Shown piece by piece: positions 1 to 8,607 of a stretch of DNA of 36,653 nucleotides; position 1 is the first letter of the stretch, and each line of letters opens with the position of its first letter. A model generated the notes under the pieces. It worked only from the letters and a program-made list of their open reading frames with translations, was not told where the DNA came from and made no database searches. Origin of the DNA: a virus (Duplodnaviria > Caudoviricetes); the IMG/VR virus record IMGVR_UViG_3300033067_001732, positions 1-36,653 of that record; one strand, 5' to 3'. The translations under genes were made by a program, and so were the position numbers.

Positions 1-1
1 T

Positions 2-1270
2 ACTAAAAACTAATATAGCAAATCCTGCCTTTAAAACCCATAACGGGTCTGGTGCGATATAATTGCTTATTGTTGAAAGTGCTTGAAAAATAAATGCAAC
101 TCCTAAAATTCCAAGTGCCATTAATGGAATTGCAATAGCACCGTATATAAGTTCAGGAATACTTGCACCTTTGATTGCTTTCATAATAAAATAAAATCCT
201 ACTGCAAAAAGTCCTATTGCAAATGCAGATTTAAGAACCCATATAGGATCCGGAGCCATCATAGGGTTAACTGGAGGAAGCATACTAAAAATAGCAGCAA
301 CTCCTAAAATACCAAGTGCCATTAATGGAATTGCAATTGCACCATACATAATTTCTTTAATGTCTGCGCCCTTAATTGCCTTCATTATAAAATAAAATCC
401 AACTGCATATAAACCTATTGCAAACGCAGATTTAAGAACCCATATTGGATCTGGCGCAACTGGATTACTCGGCATTAACATAAATGCATAAGCAACTCCA
501 ACAATACCAAGTGCCATCAATGGAAGCGCAATTGCTGCAAATACTAATCCTTCAGGTTTAATGTCCTTGGTTGCTTTAAGTATCATTGAATATGCAAAGG
601 CAGCAGGTATCATAATAACAGATACTGCCAATGCCATTAATAGCTGTGCAGGATTAATTACTGGCATTAATGAAAATATAGCAGCAGATAATACAAGAGA
701 ACCTGCGATTGCCATTAATGTAAGTGCAGTTGAACCAGCTAGTGCAAATAATGAACTTGATTTTGCAGGATTTATATTTCCTGCCTTACCAGTTCCTGCC
801 AACATGTTAGCATTTTTCGCAAGAGTATCCGCTATTCTAACAAATAGTGGTGCAATTAATGCAAATACACCTGCAACTGCAAGCGCGGTAAGCAATTGTG
901 GGATTGTTATAACGGGTATTAGTGTAAATATAGCCGCGGCGCCAACAATTGCGCCTGCAACCCCTATTATCATCAGGGCAGTTAATCCAACATCCTTTGC
1001 TGACATAGGTGTAAACATTCCTCCACCAGGGCCTCCCTTAGAAGCTACTCCTCTTTCTAATGTTTTATTTTGGCCCTTTAATAAGCTTTTAATATCTAAT
1101 AGGACTGATGTTTGTTTCTTAAGTTCCTGTACTGTTTCAAGCGCGTATGTATTTGTACTTAAAACAACCTGTTGGATTTGAGTTAATATATTAGTAGATG
1201 CCTCGCTAGCGTCAGCTATTCTCTGTAATGGGGATGCTAATATTGAAAGTTGTTTTGTGTTATTGGTCAC
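2..1270 (-). CDS. Tape-measure-like tail protein, N-terminal part (runs off the left edge); missing from the ORF track
   Basis: Manual translation from GTG at 1270 (MTNNTKQLSILASPLQRIADASEAST...) stays open through the stretches I read. It is Ala/Gly/Ile-rich and hydrophobic, with ~67-aa repeats. It follows the sheath, tube and chaperone-like genes and has a GATATATA motif at 1308-1315. Confidence 0.65.
   Translation of the reverse strand, partial: MTNNTKQLSILASPLQRIADASEASTNILTQIQQVVLSTNTYALETVQELKKQTSVLLDIKSLLKGQNKTLERGVASKGGPGGGMFTPMSAKDVGLTALMIIGVAGAIVGAAAIFTLIPVITIPQLLTALAVAGVFALIAPLFVRIADTLAKNANMLAGTGKAGNINPAKSSSLFALAGSTALTLMAIAGSLVLSAAIFSLMPVINPAQLLMALAVSVIMIPAAFAYSMILKATKDIKPEGLVFAAIALPLMALGIVGVAYAFMLMPSNPVAPDPIWVLKSAFAIGLYAVGFYFIMKAIKGADIKEIMYGAIAIPLMALGILGVAAIFSMLPPVNPMMAPDPIWVLKSAFAIGLFAVGFYFIMKAIKGASIPELIYGAIAIPLMALGILGVAFIFQALSTISNYIAPDPLWVLKAGFAILVFS
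20..540 (-). repeat. ~201-bp (67-aa) imperfect tandem coding repeats in the tape-measure-like gene
   Basis: APDPIWVLKSAFAIGL(Y/F)AVGFYFIMKAIKGA...YGAIAIPLMALGILGVA recurs; gatttaagaacccatat occurs at ~229 and ~429, with a degenerate third copy near 28. Confidence 0.85.
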
Positions 1271-1315
1271 CTGTACTTTATATTTTTAAATATTGTATAT
1301 CTAGCAGTATATATC

Positions 1316-1350
1316 TAAAAAATAAAGAGTCCACTTGGGACTCTTTATTT
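1316..1350 (-). terminator. Intrinsic terminator-like hairpin after the gp51-like gene
   Basis: AATAAAGAGTCC-5 nt loop-GGACTCTTTATT, followed by a T run on the minus strand. Confidence 0.65.
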
Positions 1351-1621
1351 ATAGTTTTGGCATTTTCATGTTTGGCATTTTCATGTTTGGCATTTTCATG
1401 TTATTCATCATGCCAGACTGAGCATCCTGTTGCCCTTCATTCTGTTTATTCTCCGCCTTAATATGTTCTATTAAGTCTTTCACTAAGTAATGGAATTCGT
1501 AATATTCCAAATTCTCAAGTTCGCTTGGTTGAATATGTAATTTAAGATAAATGTGAAATTTAGTCTTAAAGAAGTTCTCCAGCGATATCTTGAACAATGA
1601 AAAGAGATTTGATGCCGTCAC
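1349..1621 (-). CDS. Baseplate hub assembly / tail chaperone, gp51-like (start uncertain)
   Basis: SLENFFKTKFHIYLKLHIQPSELENLEYYE resembles the short gp51-like proteins of T4-like phages; it overlaps the end of the gp26-like gene and ends in MPNMK repeats. Confidence 0.55.
   Translation of the reverse strand: MTASNLFSLFKISLENFFKTKFHIYLKLHIQPSELENLEYYEFHYLVKDLIEHIKAENKQNEGQQDAQSGMMNNMKMPNMKMPNMKMPKL
1356..1400 (+). repeat. 15-bp tandem repeat, three copies (tttggcattttcatg), encoding MKMPN/MKMPK
   Basis: Three consecutive copies are visible in the sequence. Confidence 0.9.
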
Positions 1622-2531
1622 GAAAGCTAATGGGAACCTCTTCCTCCTCGTCCCCTAACTGTACTAGCATATTTGGCTGAATTCCTATTTTCATTTTTTC
1701 AGCCAATGTATATACTAAATTGTATTTTTTACTTGACCATCCGTTCAATTCAATTTCAAAATCAAATAATGTTTTATCATTGAATCCCCTCCAATCATGA
1801 TGTAGATACGGTATAATCTGTAAAACAGACTGATCAACCTTTTCACCTTTTTGTTGTTTTTCTTTAATATATGCAGTAATTTTTTGCATAACACCTATTG
1901 CCGGTGGTCTTAAAGAAATTGTTCCAAATGATTTGGTTTCAACCAAGAATGTTTTAGCATCATTATCATAATATTTGTCTAATTCTACTGGAATTTTAAA
2001 ATATTGAAAATAATCTTTTTTAATTTCAATTTGATGTTTTTCACCCTTCTTGCTTAAATGTTCTATTTTTAAGCTTGATTCTGGTTCAGGAAATGTTAAT
2101 TCTCTGATTGAAAGAATAATGTAAAATCTATCCTCTTCTAAAATATCCTTATAAGATAATCTTTTTGATGCACATGTAATTCTAACACATGATTCAACGA
2201 TTTGATTTAATTTTTCATCAATATCCAATACATTAGTTTCATCAATTGTTGAAAAGTGTCTTACCTCTGTTACCTTTGCTGAACGAATTGAAATTTCAGT
2301 TCCTTCTGGGTAAAACATACCACCAGATGGTAATGAAACTGTTGGAATTTCATGATACCCCAGATGGAAATCTGCTCCTTCTGCCCGTTGTGTGGCAAAT
2401 CTATCCATATTAACTTTACCTAGATTAACTGGTTCTTGTACTTCTTCGTTGAAATTTACATTTTCATCAGATTGCACAATACTTTTATATTGTTCCTCTA
2501 AATTTAAATCGTTTTCGTGTTCGTTACTCAT
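1566..2531 (-). CDS. Baseplate hub subunit / tail assembly chaperone, gp26-like
   Basis: LPSGGMFYP...ISIRSAKVTE and ISLRPPAIG motifs are typical of the gp26-like family; located between the tube and tape-measure genes. Confidence 0.6.
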   Translation of the reverse strand: MSNEHENDLNLEEQYKSIVQSDENVNFNEEVQEPVNLGKVNMDRFATQRAEGADFHLGYHEIPTVSLPSGGMFYPEGTEISIRSAKVTEVRHFSTIDETNVLDIDEKLNQIVESCVRITCASKRLSYKDILEEDRFYIILSIRELTFPEPESSLKIEHLSKKGEKHQIEIKKDYFQYFKIPVELDKYYDNDAKTFLVETKSFGTISLRPPAIGVMQKITAYIKEKQQKGEKVDQSVLQIIPYLHHDWRGFNDKTLFDFEIELNGWSSKKYNLVYTLAEKMKIGIQPNMLVQLGDEEEEVPISFRDGIKSLFIVQDIAGELL

Positions 2532-2534
2532 AAA

Positions 2535-2750
2535 TTATTTGTCTTTAAGTTTTCTAATGTCAATTTTTTCAAAAGGCTTGTCATCGTTTACCTTGCTTTC
2601 TATTTCACGTCTAATTATTTCTCTAATAAACGCAGAAATTGATATAGGTCTTTCTCCATTTTCAATTGCTTCATTTAAAATAATTCTATTAATTAAAGAT
2701 ACCTCGTCTTCCGATAGAAGTACTTGTAGCTTTTTTGTAAGTTTATCCAT
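2535..2750 (-). CDS. Small putative ribbon-helix-helix DNA-binding protein
   Basis: Beta-like KKLQVLLS, then a helix, then SISAFIREIIRRE: a CopG/Arc-like pattern; 71 aa. Confidence 0.5.
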   Translation of the reverse strand: MDKLTKKLQVLLSEDEVSLINRIILNEAIENGERPISISAFIREIIRREIESKVNDDKPFEKIDIRKLKDK

Positions 2751-2792
2751 TGATATATTATATTATCATTATATTATGTTTTTGTTTCATAT

Positions 2793-2825
2793 AAAAATAG
2801 GGGATAGTTTGTGATTATCCCCTAT
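2793..2825 (-). terminator. Intrinsic terminator after the tail tube gene
   Basis: ATAGGGGATA...TATCCCCTAT stem followed by TTTTT on the minus strand. Confidence 0.7.
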
Positions 2826-2843
2826 CATGAAATTATGAGATGA

Positions 2844-3398
2844 TTATGCTAAGTCCTCTTTCCAAACGTCACATCTCCATGTTACTTCTAATGTTGCGGC
2901 GTCTGCTGTTTCATAGTTTAACTCAGATGTAAAACCTAATCCAGAAGTAATTAAACAATCCTCTAAAGTTACAGTTCTGTAAATATCTCCAGCTCTATTA
3001 AATTGTACAATTACAATAGTTCCGACATAGTCTCTTTTAAGACCCATTGCCCCTGTTTGTGGGTCATATTGTTTGTGGTACCATTGTCTCATTGATTTAT
3101 AAAGGTAAGCCTGATTAGCCTCGTTTAAGTTCAATGAAAAGTTAACTGTTACATCAACCGCAGTTCCATCAGGCATACCAGCAAATGATCTGGTAGCAAA
3201 TTTATATTTTTGTTCGATCGCCGAAACTTCTTTATGTAAATCCAAACCTGAGATTGAATTAATGTGTTGAAGCATTAAAGGCGCATCAGATACTCCAGAT
3301 GGAGGTAAAATTGTAACCTCAAACAAGTTACCCTGTACTGGTTCAAAGTTTCTACCTTTTCTAGACGTCTGATCTTGTGAATAATGTGGTAAAGCCAT
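2844..3398 (-). CDS. gp19: Tail tube protein (gp19-like)
   Basis: 184 aa directly after the sheath; NLFEV, YKRDY-like LKRDYVG, ELNYE and LEVTWRCDVW motifs. Confidence 0.8.
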   Translation of the reverse strand: MALPHYSQDQTSRKGRNFEPVQGNLFEVTILPPSGVSDAPLMLQHINSISGLDLHKEVSAIEQKYKFATRSFAGMPDGTAVDVTVNFSLNLNEANQAYLYKSMRQWYHKQYDPQTGAMGLKRDYVGTIVIVQFNRAGDIYRTVTLEDCLITSGLGFTSELNYETADAATLEVTWRCDVWKEDLA

Positions 3399-3431
3399 GT
3401 TTATTAATGTTTTATTTTTTTATATATCTTA

Positions 3432-6026
3432 TTAACCTAAGTTACCAGACTGTATTTCACCTGTGTTTAAGATTGTAGTTCTATGTACAACAATTTCTAA
3501 ACCTTTAACTGGTTCTACGTATGTATCGATGATTCCAACGTTATTATCGATAACCTCGTTAGTGTTGTTTGTGCTATCCATTATATTTCTATATTCGAAA
3601 ACACCGCCGTCTTGCTTAACTCCTTCCATGAAAGCGTCTGCAAGCGTTTTAATTTCTAATCTTGTTTGTACGTTATTAAATTCAAATACGTAATCTTTTA
3701 AGATATTAGCCATACCATCTTGAATATAAATAAGTGCTTCTCTAACATGTGCTGAAGAAAGTGCTGATTTAATAGATTGTTGTGCCGTTTTATTTCCTAA
3801 GATAGTTAATCCAGTTCCTCTTTGGAATACAATAGGATTGATTCCGAATGGCTCTAGGTTATCTCTATCTGCTTTGTCAAATGAATATTCAACTCCTTTT
3901 ACATTAGCCCCTGCAACAACTCCACGTCTTGGACCAGCTACAATTGACCATGGAAGGGCGCTTGTATATTTGTCTAAGAAGTTATTTGAAACGTATGCAG
4001 CTGGCGGAACAATAATATCCTTACCATTATCTGATACAATTAATCCAGGACCATAGTAAAATGCATAGTTTGCACCTGCAGTAATGCTAGGCAACGCATA
4101 TACTTTAGTTGGATTTTTATCTTGATTACCACCTGTAATTACGTACGCAGTATTAAATGTTCCGTTTTCATCTGTAAATGAAGGATCTGTTGATTTTTTG
4201 AAATCTTCAACAGTAGGCGCATTTAAAATAGCAGAAGCATTTTGTCTATCTTTCGCTAATTGTGAAAGATTATGTTTGTTATTAATTCCGTTTAAATCGT
4301 ATGATGTAAATGTATCTACAACATATCTAAAATCGATAATGTCTTTATCAACTAATGCGTTGTATATTCCATTTCCACCTGAAAGAACTGATAAATAATC
4401 GCTAATATTTTTAACGCTAATTTCAGCTTTTCCTAATACAAATGTTTTATAAGCGCTTGATGCATTTTCAAAAGATTTAATAATTCTATCCGCGTACGCA
4501 GGTTCAACATCTGTAAAAATTCTAAACAGCGTAGAAACTCCATCGATTTGTTTTGAAATTCTATTTACTCTTGCAAGTCTATCTTCAGTCGCTGAATCTA
4601 CATAATCTCCAATTGAAATTGGGAATGTTGAAGGCGCTTGTGCACTTGGGTAAGTAACAACAAAGCTTGTACTTCCTACAATTCCAGGTGTAACAGTTCC
4701 ATTATAATCTGAGAAAATATATGGCGTTACTCTACTATTTGAAACATGTAAAAATTCTAATTGTTCAGTTGTACCTTCTAACGCAGTATATGATGCTGAG
4801 ATATTACCATCGCATTGAATAGTAAGGGTTCCTAAAGCAACTGGTGTATTTATATCGGCTGGAGTAGTTTCAATCCATTCAGTATTTGTGATTATCGTGT
4901 ATTCTCCACCAACGTTTGATAACAATGAGTCTTCACCTTCAACTGCCTTTTGAGCTTCTGCTTCAGTAATATTTTCAATTGTTAAAGTATCTCCAGTAAC
5001 ATCGATTAATTCGTCACCTGTTAACTGAATTGGATGATGTACATGTGTTTCTTGGCCAACCACATGAGATAGTAATTCAAAGTCTTGGTTATTATCAACA
5101 ACATGTCCAACTAAATCTATTTTAGTTCCGTTTTCATCAAGTACAGCATCTTCATCAATAGCACAGAATAAACCTGTTCTTCTTGCCTCTGCATTAATCA
5201 TTGATTCAACATATAAGTTTCTACCTTCTAAATCTTTAAATCCCGGTAAAACAGAACCAGTATATTGTGCGATTAAGCTAACTTGTCTTAGGTTTGCAAA
5301 TTCATTTAATTTAGATTTGATTAAACCATCTACTGTAAAAAATTCAGAATAGATTGGGTCATTTGCCATTTGAGCAGCGTCAAATTCTCCTTTAAACACA
5401 AAAACGTCAACCATGAAATCTGACATTTTGTCAAAATCATTTAAATATTCTGGAACGTTTCCTTGACCATACCATTCTCTTGCTGTTAAATCAAATTCTT
5501 TAACAGAAGCTGCCTGTCTTACAATAACCGTAATAGAATCTTGTTTAATGTTAACAAAATTCAATATGTTATTTACACCATTGTTAATAGTGTCTAATGT
5601 AGCGGCATCAGATGGTGTCATAAATTTATCGTTGTCGAAAAATTTGTCATAGTCAGCAGAACCAGATGAAGCTGAATTTCCAGCAACAGAACCATTTGTA
5701 GAAACTGATTGGTAATTTGCTAAATCGATATCTGATGTAAATTTACCTAAGTTCAATGCTAAAATAGGACCTCTTGTAAGAGCTTCCAAGCATGATCTGT
5801 GGAAAAACATTCCCTTTTTTTCTAATCCTTTATCAATTGAACCAAAAACATTATTAAATGTTTCTGTTGAATCAATTAAAACTGGAGTATTGTATGGTCC
5901 TTTTTTAGAGTGACCTACTACTAATCTAAGAGTCTCGGTGTTAATATTCGCCGTTTGAGATTTATCAAACTCAAGTCTATAAACCCCTGAGCTCTTAAAA
6001 TTCAATAATTGAGGACTTAATGCCAT
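3432..6026 (-). CDS. gp18: Contractile tail sheath protein (gp18-like)
   Basis: N-terminal SSGVYRLEFD..VVGHSKKGPYNTPV; C-terminal PWSIVAGPRRG, RDNLEPFGINPI, GNKT, YVFEFN and NNTNEVID sheath motifs. Confidence 0.92.
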   Translation of the reverse strand: MALSPQLLNFKSSGVYRLEFDKSQTANINTETLRLVVGHSKKGPYNTPVLIDSTETFNNVFGSIDKGLEKKGMFFHRSCLEALTRGPILALNLGKFTSDIDLANYQSVSTNGSVAGNSASSGSADYDKFFDNDKFMTPSDAATLDTINNGVNNILNFVNIKQDSITVIVRQAASVKEFDLTAREWYGQGNVPEYLNDFDKMSDFMVDVFVFKGEFDAAQMANDPIYSEFFTVDGLIKSKLNEFANLRQVSLIAQYTGSVLPGFKDLEGRNLYVESMINAEARRTGLFCAIDEDAVLDENGTKIDLVGHVVDNNQDFELLSHVVGQETHVHHPIQLTGDELIDVTGDTLTIENITEAEAQKAVEGEDSLLSNVGGEYTIITNTEWIETTPADINTPVALGTLTIQCDGNISASYTALEGTTEQLEFLHVSNSRVTPYIFSDYNGTVTPGIVGSTSFVVTYPSAQAPSTFPISIGDYVDSATEDRLARVNRISKQIDGVSTLFRIFTDVEPAYADRIIKSFENASSAYKTFVLGKAEISVKNISDYLSVLSGGNGIYNALVDKDIIDFRYVVDTFTSYDLNGINNKHNLSQLAKDRQNASAILNAPTVEDFKKSTDPSFTDENGTFNTAYVITGGNQDKNPTKVYALPSITAGANYAFYYGPGLIVSDNGKDIIVPPAAYVSNNFLDKYTSALPWSIVAGPRRGVVAGANVKGVEYSFDKADRDNLEPFGINPIVFQRGTGLTILGNKTAQQSIKSALSSAHVREALIYIQDGMANILKDYVFEFNNVQTRLEIKTLADAFMEGVKQDGGVFEYRNIMDSTNNTNEVIDNNVGIIDTYVEPVKGLEIVVHRTTILNTGEIQSGNLG

Positions 6027-6089
6027 AATTTTAAGTATATTTTTTTTCTTTTATTATATATCTATTTTAATTGTGATTATTTACTTATT

Positions 6090-7922
6090 TTAAAACAAAT
6101 AATATATATCATATTGAAGATCTCCCTGTACGTCATTGTCTTTATACAGTATTCTTTCCATTAGAAGATGCTTTTCTGGTTCTATTAAATCCAGTAATTC
6201 CTCAACATAATCTGCATAATCACTGGTTCCAAAAAATTCAGTTGCGGTTATACATGTCATAATTGTATCGTCATTTCCCATTTGAGCACCATAGCTTCCA
6301 TTTTTTAATGTTCCAAATAAACTTGCCTCCTGTACTGTTATAATGTCATTAACTTTAAATTTGTTCATTTCAATTAACTTTTTAAAATTTTGACAAAATA
6401 CCGACTTGTTATCTGATTTTAATCTAATACCAGGCTTAAGGGCTCTAGAATCATGGCGATGTTTAAATCGTAATACCATTTCATCTTCAAAATCATTTCT
6501 ACCTGGAAATACAGTACTTAAATACTGCAATAAGATACTTCCATATGTATTATACTCGATAATCATCTTTACGTTTTCTGAGTTAAATACATCAATTGCA
6601 AGAGTATAAAGAATCTTTGCAAAATCTTCAATTGGATGTTCATTACTTCTAAACACTGCAACTTGGTTTAATCTAAAAAAATCATACATTGCACCAGGAC
6701 TTACAAAATTCTCAATAGATTTATCGTCCATTGGTTCTACCTGAAATACATTGATAACTGAGTAATCTCCTCCGTTTCCTTCTGCAATATCCACTGAAAA
6801 TAAATAATATTTATCAGAATCTGCAGCACCATCTATATCAAAATCCGGGTCAAATGATAGAAATCCTTCTGTTTCTATATGGATATTATCAAAATCTTCG
6901 AGGTCATGGTATATGAATTTCTTAGCACTTTTTCTAATATTTTTCATGGTTCCTGGGCTTAATAATAAACTTGAAGAGCTTGTAAACTCATTTCCATATT
7001 GTCTATTAAATGCATCCTCAGAACCTAAGTTTCCAAGTTCTCTTTGATACCACGCATCATCTCGATCTGGATGCTGCCACCAATCTATTCGTGTTGCTTT
7101 ATATTCGTTGTTTCCCTTTTCAGCATCAGCATAAATTTCATAAAACTTATTAAATCCATTTGGAGTAGAAGTAATATTGATTCTTGAAATCTTTGACGCA
7201 GAAAGCGTAGGATAAACGTTTTCATAAAATGAATCCACGATCGTTGGGTGAATGTGGGCAAACTCATCTAAGTATAAGTTATGAATTGTAAAACCAATAC
7301 CTGATTTTGCGGTTGTTGATTGTCCAACCAAACGACAACCATTATCGGATCTAACGTTCATAACGTCATATTTAATAATTCCTGGTTTCATGAAAAATGG
7401 TAAGTTTTCAATAACTACCTTTGCCTTGTCAATAATCTCCTTTGTAGATTCAGATTTATTCGCAAGTAGTAGAGTAGTTTTGTCATAATTAAATGTAAGA
7501 TACCATGCATTAAAAATCGAGGCAGTCACCGTTTTTCCCATTTGCCTCGAGGCGAGCACGATATTAAATCTATTATTTTGAAAATCCCTAAGTAATTGTT
7601 TTTGATATTCTCTAAGTTTAACTTTTTGAATACCATTATCCGTCATTACTACTGCATACTTTTCTGCAAAGTATACAATGTCATTTGCACATTTTGCTAT
7701 TTCTTGAATTTCCTCATCAGTATACTCAAATACAATGTTTCCCTTGCGCAAAAACTGTTTACCCTCATAAAAAGGCATACTTACCTGGGGTCTATATCCT
7801 TTGTCCAGTGCAACTATTAAATCATTAACGGTTTTTGTTGACCATACAAGTTTTTGTGAGTCCTTGTCAGATTCTCCTGAGGGAATCCATCTATTATCTC
7901 CAATATAATTATCGTTTGCCAT
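6090..7922 (-). CDS. gp17: Terminase large subunit (gp17-like)
   Basis: LREYQ adenine-binding motif, Walker A SRQMGKT, Walker B LYLDEFA, ITSTPNG, nuclease SVDIAEG..GDYS and GNDDTIM. Confidence 0.97.
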   Translation of the reverse strand: MANDNYIGDNRWIPSGESDKDSQKLVWSTKTVNDLIVALDKGYRPQVSMPFYEGKQFLRKGNIVFEYTDEEIQEIAKCANDIVYFAEKYAVVMTDNGIQKVKLREYQKQLLRDFQNNRFNIVLASRQMGKTVTASIFNAWYLTFNYDKTTLLLANKSESTKEIIDKAKVVIENLPFFMKPGIIKYDVMNVRSDNGCRLVGQSTTAKSGIGFTIHNLYLDEFAHIHPTIVDSFYENVYPTLSASKISRINITSTPNGFNKFYEIYADAEKGNNEYKATRIDWWQHPDRDDAWYQRELGNLGSEDAFNRQYGNEFTSSSSLLLSPGTMKNIRKSAKKFIYHDLEDFDNIHIETEGFLSFDPDFDIDGAADSDKYYLFSVDIAEGNGGDYSVINVFQVEPMDDKSIENFVSPGAMYDFFRLNQVAVFRSNEHPIEDFAKILYTLAIDVFNSENVKMIIEYNTYGSILLQYLSTVFPGRNDFEDEMVLRFKHRHDSRALKPGIRLKSDNKSVFCQNFKKLIEMNKFKVNDIITVQEASLFGTLKNGSYGAQMGNDDTIMTCITATEFFGTSDYADYVEELLDLIEPEKHLLMERILYKDNDVQGDLQYDIYYLF

Positions 7923-7923
7923 A

Positions 7924-8571
7924 TTATTCTGATATTTCTACGTCCTGTATATCGTTTTCACTGTCATCGATACCGGCCCTAATCATTCGCATTAAATCCT
8001 TGGTTCCTCGTTGAGTATTACCTGATGTAATTTCACCACCTGCCTCTTGAATTTCTCTAATATCATCTCTCTTTTTGTAGATTTCAATATCTCTTGCGAT
8101 TCTTTTGGTACTTTCCTCAGTTGCCATTAGATACATTGTTTGAGATTTAATAATATCTAGCATTGATTTTTGTAGGGTTGCAAGAACTTCAAACATTCTT
8201 GGTGCAACTTCTCCATCTTCAATAGCTTCTAACAGGGTTGTAAGTGCTCGCTCTCCAGCCTGTAATTGATAGACTAATGAACTCATTGTCATTTCGTCCA
8301 TCTTCTTTTTTGCCTGGATATATTCATCCTTTTCAATGATATCTGAGTCAAGATAAAATTTCATTAGTGCTGAAATTGTTTTCTTTGCCTTTTTTGTTGA
8401 ACTTTCTTTTAGTTCACTAAAAGACATATATACCTCAGGTCTTTTTGCTGGAAGTTGTGGATCTGTTTCTATAACATCTGAAATTTCCTTTGATGTATCA
8501 AGTCCAATCAATTCATCAAGGTCTTTTCTTATATCCTCGGCCTGTTCTTTTATTCCCTTCTTTTCTGACAT
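7924..8571 (-). CDS. gp16: Terminase small subunit (gp16-like)
   Basis: Immediately upstream of the large terminase; PRMFEVLATLQKSMLD and RGTKDLMRMI resemble the gp16 PRAYEV and GSTxxL motifs. Confidence 0.7.
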   Translation of the reverse strand: MSEKKGIKEQAEDIRKDLDELIGLDTSKEISDVIETDPQLPAKRPEVYMSFSELKESSTKKAKKTISALMKFYLDSDIIEKDEYIQAKKKMDEMTMSSLVYQLQAGERALTTLLEAIEDGEVAPRMFEVLATLQKSMLDIIKSQTMYLMATEESTKRIARDIEIYKKRDDIREIQEAGGEITSGNTQRGTKDLMRMIRAGIDDSENDIQDVEISE

Positions 8572-8607
8572 ATTTTCTAGTTTTATTAGATATTATATTT
8601 ATCTAAA

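Noticed and set aside
561-1181. 206-aa plus-strand ORF
   Set aside because: Antisense shadow of the hydrophobic minus-strand tape-measure-like frame; TTG start and no expression signals.
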